DNA from: an uncultured Acidobacteriota bacterium
Lineage (GTDB): Bacteria; Acidobacteriota; Vicinamibacteria; Fen-336
Reading direction: 5' to 3'
Assembly: GCA_964442185.1 (NCBI GenBank)
Contig: CAYTWT010000009.1
Location: 186 to 64,185 of the forward strand
Length of the DNA stretch: 64,000 nt
Positions within the stretch are counted from its first letter, which is position 1; the number at the start of each line of letters is the position of its first letter. Made by a program: the position numbers and the translations under genes. Of this stretch, positions 29,927-37,778 are shown in pieces. The notes under the pieces are model-generated. The model made no database searches. It saw only the letters and a program-made list of their open reading frames with translations, and was not told where the DNA came from.

Positions 29927-30687
29927 AGCGATTCCGGGATCATGCGCTGACGTCGCACAAAGGCGTAGAGGCCCAGGGCGAACACAGCCACGCAGAACGC
30001 GGCCGTGAGCACGATGAAGCGCGTGGCCGGGAAGAAGCTGGAGGTCAGGAACCAGCGGATCAGGTAGAGACAGCGCGCGATCGGGTTCAAGTACAGCACT
30101 TCAGCCAGGGCCTCTGACTGAACCGGATAGACGACCGGCGTCAACCAGAACAACGCCTGCAGGGCGGTGTGCCAGAGCAGGCCGGTGTCGCGGAAGTCGA
30201 CGTAGGCGAGCGCCACGAAGAAACCGATCCCGGCCGCCAGCAGGCCGAGGCAGACGATCGGCAGAATCGCGAACGGCGCCAGCGGCGACAGCACACCCCT
30301 GACGGCGAGTACGAACACGAGCAGCACACTGTTGATGGCGAGCGTGATGAAGGTCGAGAGCATGCCCGAGGCCACCACTACGACGACCGGCAGCGGCACC
30401 GCCCTCAGGATCCCCATCTTGCGCGTGAGCGCATCGAGACCCGAGAAGGTGCAGTCCTGGAAGAACGTCCAGAAAACCACCCCCACGAGAACGTAGATCT
30501 CGAAGCCCCGACCCCCGATACCCAGGATCTTGCGGAAGACAGCCAGATAGATGCCCAGCATCACCAGCGGGCTCAAGAGGCCCCAGGCATAGCCGAGCAC
30601 CGAATCGTTGTACTTGAGGCGGAAATCGCTCACCGCCACCTCGCGCACGATGTCGAGAAGGCGGGCGCGATCACGCCAAAGATGCAT
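29923..30687 (-). CDS. ABC-2 type permease (Wzm/TagG-like)
   Basis: MHLWRDRARLLDIVREVAVSDFRLKYNDSVLGYAWGLLSPL is the ABC-2 N-terminal signature, with 6 TM helices. ATG at 30687 is in frame with track ORF 29923..31044. ATGA overlap with the ATPase gene. Confidence 0.7.
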   Translation of the reverse strand: MHLWRDRARLLDIVREVAVSDFRLKYNDSVLGYAWGLLSPLVMLGIYLAVFRKILGIGGRGFEIYVLVGVVFWTFFQDCTFSGLDALTRKMGILRAVPLPVVVVVASGMLSTFITLAINSVLLVFVLAVRGVLSPLAPFAILPIVCLGLLAAGIGFFVALAYVDFRDTGLLWHTALQALFWLTPVVYPVQSEALAEVLYLNPIARCLYLIRWFLTSSFFPATRFIVLTAAFCVAVFALGLYAFVRRQRMIPESL

Positions 30688-31843
30688 ACAGGGACTCCAT
30701 GGTGCGTGCGTAGTGGGCGCGCGCGTATCGTACCGCGACGCGGGTCCGGCCGGCCGCGGCCAACTGCTCGCGCAGCCCCCGTTCGCCAAGCAGCCGCAAG
30801 ACGGCCTGCGCCAGCGACACGGGGTCGCCGGTGCGGAAGTGCAGGCCACTGCGCTCGTCTTCCACGATCTCGGCAGGCCCCCCGGAATCAGACACGACGA
30901 CCGCGACGCCCGCGGCCATGGCCTCGACGACCACGAGCCCGAACGGCTCCCGGACCGAGGGGCAGACCACCACGCTGCAAGCGGCCATGACCGCGGCGAC
31001 GTCCGGAACGAAGCCGGTGATGCGCACGGCAGCGTCGAGACCAAGCTCCTGGCGCATCCTCATGACCCTGCCCCTGACCCGCCTCACGTGCGGCAGCAGG
31101 TCGGCGTTGAGCGCCCCCCCCACGATCGCGAAGGCGACTTCTGGGCGCTTCGCCCGGATCGCGCGCGCTGCCAGCAGGAACGTCTCGTGCCCCTTCATCG
31201 CGTCGAAGCGGGCGAACATCGCAACGAGCGGCGCGGCATCTGGGATGCCCAGCCGCATGCGCACCGCGCGCGGGCTCTCGCTGGGAGCGGCGGGATCGAT
31301 TCCGACGGGGACGACGTCCGTGCGGGCGGCGAGCTCCGGCGCAAACCCCGTGATCTCGGCGCGCTGCGCCTCCGAGAAGGCGAGGATCCGGGCCACCCAC
31401 CGGCCCGCCGCCATCCGCCAGAGAAGGCGCCTGGGCGCGGCGCCGAGGTAGTTCACCTGGTAGACGAGCCTGGCTCCCTGCCGAGCAGCCGGAACGGCGA
31501 GCAACAGCCCGAGGACGTCGGACACGTGGAGGAGACGGACCCCTCTCTCCTGCACCAGCGTGCGCAGCCGCAGAGCGGCCCGCGCGTGCCGAAACAGCAC
31601 CCAGGGAATCGCAAGATGCCAGAGCGAGCGAGCCGAAAACGGGATCACGAGGGCCTCGACACCCGCCTCCCGAAGCCTGGTCGCGAGCGCTCCGTCGCTC
31701 GCGAGGACCACCAGCGGTCGAAACCGCAAGGGGTCGAGATCGGAAAGCAGATGCAGGAGCGCGTTCTCGGCTCCACCCAGTTCCGCGTAGAGGTTCAGGT
31801 AGAGGACCGGCGTCCTTTCGAGGAAGCTCGCGCGCTGGTTCAT
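30671..31843 (-). CDS. GT4-family (GT-B) glycosyltransferase
   Basis: EPFGLVVVEAMAAGVAVVVSDSGG is the GT4 E-x7-E region. Overlaps the Wzm start by 17 nt. Confidence 0.75.
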   Translation of the reverse strand: MNQRASFLERTPVLYLNLYAELGGAENALLHLLSDLDPLRFRPLVVLASDGALATRLREAGVEALVIPFSARSLWHLAIPWVLFRHARAALRLRTLVQERGVRLLHVSDVLGLLLAVPAARQGARLVYQVNYLGAAPRRLLWRMAAGRWVARILAFSEAQRAEITGFAPELAARTDVVPVGIDPAAPSESPRAVRMRLGIPDAAPLVAMFARFDAMKGHETFLLAARAIRAKRPEVAFAIVGGALNADLLPHVRRVRGRVMRMRQELGLDAAVRITGFVPDVAAVMAACSVVVCPSVREPFGLVVVEAMAAGVAVVVSDSGGPAEIVEDERSGLHFRTGDPVSLAQAVLRLLGERGLREQLAAAGRTRVAVRYARAHYARTMESLYASLA

Positions 31844-31871
31844 CGAGGTAGGGAGTCCCTGTCTCGCCAGT

Positions 31872-32570
31872 CTATGGAGCCCCGGACCAGGGTAGCCATG
31901 GGCGGCGGACGACGTGCTCGCAGTCGCGAGTCACCGCGACCGCTGCCACGTAGCCTGGGGCCACGGCCAGATCCGCCAGGGCAAGGCCCCCGATCCGTCG
32001 AAAGCCGGGCGGCCGCTCTTCGACGCCGACGTCGATCCTGTCGAGCCCGTGCCCGATCCCCTCGCCCAGCGCCTTCAGGCAGGCTTCCTTGCGAACCCAG
32101 CAGCGGAAGAAGGCCACGGGGCGAGCTGCTTGAGGAAAGGCGCGAAGCGCTTCTGCCTCCGGCCTCGCGAAGAAGCGGCCGGCGATCGCCGTGTTGTCGC
32201 GGGTTGCCGAAAGCCGCTCGATGTCCACTCCCGGCTCGTCGCGGCAGGTGAATGCGAGCAGGGCCCGGTCACCCGAGTGAGAGACGTTGAAGCGAAGCTC
32301 GGCGCCGCCCGTCTCGGCCAGGGCGAGCTTCCCGTGCGGCCCGCGCGCAAACGAGATGGACTGAGCCGGAGCGTCGAGATAGCGAGCGAGAAGTGCGCGC
32401 AACGCGCCACGCGCGACCACGAAGCGTCGGCGCGGTTCGTCGGCCCGAAAGCTCGCGGCGCGCTCCAGCTCGTCCGCCGAAAGAGGGGCCATGGCATATC
32501 CGATCGCATCGCCCAGGACCACATCCCAGACGTGTACCTCACCTGCATTGGGAAGGGCGAGGTCGCTCAC
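31872..32570 (-). CDS. Sfp-type 4'-phosphopantetheinyl transferase
   Basis: FNVSHSGDRAL and WVRKEACLKALG PPTase motifs; EVHVW N-terminus. GTG at 32570 is in frame with track ORF 31872..33104 and overlaps the upstream stop (GTGA). Confidence 0.7.
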   Translation of the reverse strand: MSDLALPNAGEVHVWDVVLGDAIGYAMAPLSADELERAASFRADEPRRRFVVARGALRALLARYLDAPAQSISFARGPHGKLALAETGGAELRFNVSHSGDRALLAFTCRDEPGVDIERLSATRDNTAIAGRFFARPEAEALRAFPQAARPVAFFRCWVRKEACLKALGEGIGHGLDRIDVGVEERPPGFRRIGGLALADLAVAPGYVAAVAVTRDCEHVVRRPWLPWSGAP

Positions 32571-35092
32571 GCCGGATCCACGCCGGCCAGGAGAGCTCGG
32601 ATCCGGGCGGCCACGGCGTCGACCGCCGGCTCCTGAAACAGCTCCGCGTGGCCCGCGCTGATGCGTTCGACGCGGACGTCCCCTCCCGTAAGCCGGCGCA
32701 GGGCGTGCTCGGCCTCCTGGGCCGGCTCCGGCGGGCCTTGCTCGGCAAAGAACAGCGCCAGAGGCGCCTCGACCGGACGGGGCCGGTAGCGGCGCAGCGC
32801 GCGCCGATTCGCCTGCACCAGGGGCGCTTCCGCTGGCGAAATGGGCGGCCCCGGCCCGTGGCCGCGCAGCCGATTCGCGAGCGCGCTGAGGGCGACTCCG
32901 AGACGATCTTGCAGCCGGCAGCGGGCGCCCAGCGGTAGCGGCGGTGGATCGAGCAGGATCAGCAGGCTGACCGCCTGCTGCTGCTGTTCGAGCTGGTAGG
33001 CCATCTCGAGGGCCACGGCCACCCCCATGCAGAATCCCCCCAGCAAGTAAGGTCCCAGGGGCTGGCTTCGCTGCACCGCACGGACGTAGTGAGCGGCGAG
33101 ACACGGCACTTCACCGAGGGGCGGCTCGCGACCGTCGAAGCCAGGGGCCTGCAGGCCGAAGAATGGCCGGCCTTCGAGTCGGCCCGCGAGCTTGGAAAGA
33201 AACATCACGCCGCCGCCGATCCCGTGGACGAAGAAGAAGGGCAGGCCGGAGCCCCGCGCGCGCAGGGGCACGAGGGGGCCCCACGCGGCAACCTCAGTGC
33301 TGCGGACATGTTCGGCGAGCGCCCCAGCGCTGGGTGCGTCGAAGAGCACGCTGACCGGGAGGCTCACGCCGAGTCGTTCGTGGAGCCTCGCCATCAGCTC
33401 TGCCGCCCCGACCGAGTCTCCTCCAAGGTCGAAGAAGTCGTCGGCGACCGAGATGCCGGGCACGTCGAGGACCCGCGCGAGTTCCTCGGCGATCGAGCGT
33501 TCCAACAGCGACGCGATCGGAGCCGCCGCGGACCGGGGACCCGGCTGCACAGCAGGTCGGCCGTGGCCGCCCGGGCCCAGCATCGCCGCGAGTCCGTTGC
33601 GCGGCACCTTGCCCGCGGCGTTGCGCGGAATGGCGTCCCGGAAGACGATCCTCGACGGCACCTTGAACGGCGCGAGGCGTGCTGCCACAAAGGCCCGCAG
33701 GCTGGCTGGCGCGACGGCCGCGTCCGGCTGCAGCACCACGACGGCTGCGAGATCCTCGCCCAGGCGAGGATGGGCGACTCCGAAGGCAGCGGCTTCGGCC
33801 ACGGCGGGATGCGCGAGGAGCGCTTCATCCACCTCGCGCGGCGAGATCTTCTCGCCGCCGCGATTGATCTGTTCCTTGAGCCGGCCAGTGATCCTCAGGT
33901 CGCCGTCTGCATCCAGCCACCCAAGGTCCCCCGTCCGCAGCCAGTGGCCGAAAAAGGCTGCGCTCGTGGCTTCTGGGTCCCCGTCGTAGCCCGCCATCAC
34001 GCCCGGTCCCTCGACCAGGATCTCGCCGACCGAGCCCGTCGGCAGCGGCCGGCCGGAGGCGTCGACGATCGCTAGCGACGGTCCGACGGATCGGCCTACG
34101 CTACCGGGCTTGCGGCGCGCCTGCTTTTCAGTCACGGCGCTGACGAGCCCGGCCTCCGTGAGGGCGTAAGCCTCCAGGACGGGCACGCCGAAGAGAGCCT
34201 CGACGCGTTCCCTTGACGAGCTCGGCAGAGCGGCGGCTGCGGAGCGCACGAAACGCAGCGGCGCCCGATGACGCAGCTCCTCGGGGCCGCCGGCACGATC
34301 CAGGATCGCCTGGTAGACGGCCGGTGAGGCGCCGAAATGCGTGGGCATCGCCTCCTGAAACCAGCCGCGGAAACGCTCGGCGTCGAAACCCGGCGACACG
34401 AAGACGCTGCTTCCCGAAACCAGTGGGAACGCGAGAGTGTGGTAGAGAGCGGCCAGATGGAAGAGCGGCGAGACCGTGAAACCCCTGTCGCCAGCCGTCA
34501 GCCCCCACACCCGGCAGGCGTCCCTGCCGGCTCCGCAGAACTGAGCATGCGTGATCCGCACGCGCCGCGGCTCACCGGCCGTGCCCGACGTGCGCAACAC
34601 GAAGGCGGCGTCGGCCGGCGACGCCGCCGACACCGCGGCGAGCCTACCTCGATCACCTCGCCCATTCAGGTCGAAGAGACCCGCAGGCCCGCTCGGGCGC
34701 GATTCGAACTCGAGCACTTCAATCCCCAGCTCGCGCGCCGCCGCAGCCGCCGGCACGGCGCGGCGCTGGGGCACGGCGATGGCACGGGCGCCCAGGCCGC
34801 TCAGGACCCGGCGGGCTTCGTGGAGCGGCAGCCCGATGGGAAGGGGGGCCGCGATGGCCACAGCGGTGACCGACAGAAGAGCTGTGACGGTCGCTGCCTC
34901 GTCCGGAAGCGCCAGCGCAATCCGGTCTTCTCGACCAAAGCCCCGCCCAGCGAGCAGGCCGGACACCCTCTCGACGTGACCTGCCAGCTCGCCGTAGGTG
35001 AGAGGCGGTTGGCTCGGGGCCCTCAGGGCCTCGGCACGCGGCCGCTCGCGCGCGTGCTGCTCCAGAAGCCGAACCAGGGTGTTCCCGTACAT
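32567..35092 (-). CDS. standalone NRPS-like enzyme: adenylation - thiolation (PCP) - thioesterase (A-T-TE), 841 aa
   Basis: A-domain cores (LTYGELAGH; TSGTAGEPRRV; YRTGDL-like WLRTGDLGWLDADGDL; RLKEQINRGGEKI; AGKVPRNGL). PCP core FFDLGGDSV. C-terminal alpha/beta-hydrolase TE (FFFVHGIGGGV...GGFCMGVAVA). Confidence 0.8.
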   Translation of the reverse strand: MYGNTLVRLLEQHARERPRAEALRAPSQPPLTYGELAGHVERVSGLLAGRGFGREDRIALALPDEAATVTALLSVTAVAIAAPLPIGLPLHEARRVLSGLGARAIAVPQRRAVPAAAAARELGIEVLEFESRPSGPAGLFDLNGRGDRGRLAAVSAASPADAAFVLRTSGTAGEPRRVRITHAQFCGAGRDACRVWGLTAGDRGFTVSPLFHLAALYHTLAFPLVSGSSVFVSPGFDAERFRGWFQEAMPTHFGASPAVYQAILDRAGGPEELRHRAPLRFVRSAAAALPSSSRERVEALFGVPVLEAYALTEAGLVSAVTEKQARRKPGSVGRSVGPSLAIVDASGRPLPTGSVGEILVEGPGVMAGYDGDPEATSAAFFGHWLRTGDLGWLDADGDLRITGRLKEQINRGGEKISPREVDEALLAHPAVAEAAAFGVAHPRLGEDLAAVVVLQPDAAVAPASLRAFVAARLAPFKVPSRIVFRDAIPRNAAGKVPRNGLAAMLGPGGHGRPAVQPGPRSAAAPIASLLERSIAEELARVLDVPGISVADDFFDLGGDSVGAAELMARLHERLGVSLPVSVLFDAPSAGALAEHVRSTEVAAWGPLVPLRARGSGLPFFFVHGIGGGVMFLSKLAGRLEGRPFFGLQAPGFDGREPPLGEVPCLAAHYVRAVQRSQPLGPYLLGGFCMGVAVALEMAYQLEQQQQAVSLLILLDPPPLPLGARCRLQDRLGVALSALANRLRGHGPGPPISPAEAPLVQANRRALRRYRPRPVEAPLALFFAEQGPPEPAQEAEHALRRLTGGDVRVERISAGHAELFQEPAVDAVAARIRALLAGVDPA

Positions 35093-35172
35093 CCGCGTTC
35101 AGTCTACGCGGGCGGCGAGCGGCGGCGCAACGACCATGTGGCTGGCAACGACCGCTACTAGAATGACAGCGC

Positions 35173-36771
35173 GTGAGCCCGCTCCTTCGGCCCGAGCAAC
35201 GCCAGCACTTCGTCGCGCGCAGCTACCGCGCGCTTTCGGGGGCGGTCGGGGAAGGGCACGCCCGGCGCATTGCCCGCCTGCACCCGGCCCTCGACAAGGA
35301 AGCGGCCTATCAAGGCTGGCTCCGGGCGCGGCAGCAGCTCGCGAGCGGCTTCCCAGCCATGGCCTCGCTTCGGAGCAGACCCCTGATCAGCGTGCTGATG
35401 CCCGTCTTCGACGCGCCGGAGAGATTTCTGCGTGAGGCGATCGGGTCGCTGATCGAGCAGTCGTATCCGGAATGGGAGCTGTGTGCGGCCGACGGCGGCC
35501 CGGACGGATCCGCTGGGAGCCGTGTCCTGCAGGAGTGGGCCCGCACCGATCGTCGCCTCCGTGTCGTTTCGGTCGGCCGGAACCGTGGCATCGCCGGCAA
35601 CTCGAACGAAGCCCTCCGAATGGCACGCGGCGAGTTCGTCGCTCTGCTGGATCAGGACGACCTGCTCGAGCCCGAAGCGCTCCTCGCCATGGTGGCCCGG
35701 CTCGATCGGGAGCCGGGTCTCGACCTCGTCTACTCCGACACGGACAACGTGACCTGCTGGGGCGACCTCTATGCTCCCTTCTTCAAACCAGACTGGTCCC
35801 CGGAACTGTTCCTCTCCGCGAACTACCTCGCGCACCTGACGCTGGTGCGGCGCTCCACGGTCGAGGCTGCCTCCGGCTTCGACGAGAGCCTGGACGGCGC
35901 CCAGGACTGGGATCTGCTACTGCGCGTCACCGAGAAGACCTCTCGGATCGCCCACGTGCCTCGGGTCCTCTACCATTGGCGGTCGCTCCCGACCTCGTGC
36001 GCCTCGAGCCTGGACGCCAAGCCCTATGCGCGTGAGGCCCAGCGGCGGGCGGTGCAGGCGCATCTTGAGAGGCGCGGCCTCGCGGCGAAAGTCGAAGTCG
36101 CCGCGACCGGCAGGGTGCGGATCGAGTTGCGGCCGAAGCAACTTCCGAGCGTCACGCTGGTTCTCGCCAAGGGCGTTGCGCGCGCCCACAGCATGGGCTT
36201 CGCGGCCAGCGGCCTTCTCGGCCTCGACGTCGCCGCGGACGCGCGAGACGCGCGCGGTGAAGTGCTGATGATCTGGGATCCTGGGTTCGATCCCGGCGAC
36301 GGGGGCTGGGCCTGTGACCTCGCTGCCTGGGCGCTCGATCCCGAGATCGGCGCCGCAGGAGGGCTGGCCGTCAACAAGGATGGCCGAGTGGATTCCGTCG
36401 GCTTCGTGGCGAACGAAGGTATCGCCACGCCCGTTTTTGCCGGTGCTCAGGCCGATGCGTGGACACCGCTTGGCAAGGCGGAGTGGTACCGCAACCTGCT
36501 GGCGCCGTCGCCGCGCGCGTTTGCCACGCGGCGCGAGGTCTGCGAGCGGCTGGGCGGCCTCGAGGCGTCGCCGCAGGGGATCTTGGACTATGGAATGAGA
36601 TTGCGACGCGCCGGGTTGCGCAGCATGGTCGTGCCTACAGCTCGGCTGGTTCGACGCTGGCCGACGAGTGCGTTGTCCGCAGTACCGGCGGACTCCTGTG
36701 TCGGAAACGACCCCTGCTTCAACCCGAACCTGGCGCCGGAGTCGACAGTGCCCCGCCCTCGCGAAGGCTAG
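35173..36771 (+). CDS. GT2-family glycosyltransferase (two-domain)
   Basis: ISVLMPVFDAPERFLREAIGSLIEQSYPEWEL, DQDDLLEPEAL (DxD). TAGAAT -10-like element a few nt before the GTG start. Divergent from the A-T-TE gene. Confidence 0.7.
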   Translation: MSPLLRPEQRQHFVARSYRALSGAVGEGHARRIARLHPALDKEAAYQGWLRARQQLASGFPAMASLRSRPLISVLMPVFDAPERFLREAIGSLIEQSYPEWELCAADGGPDGSAGSRVLQEWARTDRRLRVVSVGRNRGIAGNSNEALRMARGEFVALLDQDDLLEPEALLAMVARLDREPGLDLVYSDTDNVTCWGDLYAPFFKPDWSPELFLSANYLAHLTLVRRSTVEAASGFDESLDGAQDWDLLLRVTEKTSRIAHVPRVLYHWRSLPTSCASSLDAKPYAREAQRRAVQAHLERRGLAAKVEVAATGRVRIELRPKQLPSVTLVLAKGVARAHSMGFAASGLLGLDVAADARDARGEVLMIWDPGFDPGDGGWACDLAAWALDPEIGAAGGLAVNKDGRVDSVGFVANEGIATPVFAGAQADAWTPLGKAEWYRNLLAPSPRAFATRREVCERLGGLEASPQGILDYGMRLRRAGLRSMVVPTARLVRRWPTSALSAVPADSCVGNDPCFNPNLAPESTVPRPREG

Positions 36772-37778
36772 CCGGTGACGTGAGGCAGATCGCCCGTCGG
36801 CAGGCCGGCCAGTTCGCGCAGGGCGCGGGCCACCTCGATACGGACCATGCGCTTGCGCCAGGCGTAGGCCAGGTCCGCGTTGTCGAGAGGCTTCGCTCCC
36901 TTGTAGGCGATGCCCGAGGCCATCTCGATCGCCTCGGCATCGAGCACGCGGCCTTGCAGGAACTCCTGCGCCTCCGTGGCCTCGACCGGGTGGGTGTGCA
37001 CGGCGCCGAGGACGATGCGGCAGGCCTCGACCACGTTGCCGCCCCCGAACTTGACAGCGGCCGCAACACCGACGATCGGGAAATCGATCGAGCCCCGGCG
37101 CCGCAGCTTGCGATAGGTCGTCTTCCACCCGGTCCGATCCGGCACGTGAATCTGCGTCAGGATTTCCTCGGGGCGCTTGGTGAGGTAATGAATCCCGTCC
37201 GGACCGTAGAGCGCGCTCACCGGAATGCGGCGCTCGCCGCCTGCTCCGACGAGCGTCACCTCGGCGCCGAGCGTCATCATCACCGGCGCGGTGTCGGACG
37301 ACGAGAGCGCCCAACAGATCGAAGAACCCGGGGCGACCAGGCAGATGTCGCCGTCCTTCTTCAGGCAATAGCCGATCGAGGCGCGCCAGAACTCCGACTG
37401 GTTGTAGTAGTTGCAGCGCGTGTCGACGCACAGGTTGCCGCCGATGGTGCCGGCGTTGCGCAGCGGCGGCGAGGAAACCAGGCCGGCGGAGCGCGCGATC
37501 GACGGCCACCGGCTTCGAACCGCAGCGTGCTCCGCAACGGCCGTGAGCGTCGCCAGCGCGCCGATCTGCAAGCCGCCATTCGCGTGGATGACGCCCGCGC
37601 CCTCGAGCTTGCGAACGCTGACGAGAAGCTTCGGCGTGAACTGCTTCCGCTTCATGTTCGGGTAGAGATCGGTGCCGCCGGCCACGGCCATGGCCCCGGG
37701 CCCGTGGTCGGCCAGGATGCGTGCCGCCTCGCGCGCCGTGTTCGGCGCGATGAACCGGAACTCCGGCAATCTCATCAT
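36768..37778 (-). CDS. molybdenum hydroxylase (xanthine dehydrogenase/CO-DH family) FAD-binding medium subunit
   Basis: MMRLPEFRFIAPNTAREAARIL...AVAGGTDLYPNMK FAD-binding motifs. Strong RBS GGAGAGGGGG. ATGA overlap with the large subunit. Confidence 0.75.
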   Translation of the reverse strand: MMRLPEFRFIAPNTAREAARILADHGPGAMAVAGGTDLYPNMKRKQFTPKLLVSVRKLEGAGVIHANGGLQIGALATLTAVAEHAAVRSRWPSIARSAGLVSSPPLRNAGTIGGNLCVDTRCNYYNQSEFWRASIGYCLKKDGDICLVAPGSSICWALSSSDTAPVMMTLGAEVTLVGAGGERRIPVSALYGPDGIHYLTKRPEEILTQIHVPDRTGWKTTYRKLRRRGSIDFPIVGVAAAVKFGGGNVVEACRIVLGAVHTHPVEATEAQEFLQGRVLDAEAIEMASGIAYKGAKPLDNADLAYAWRKRMVRIEVARALRELAGLPTGDLPHVTG

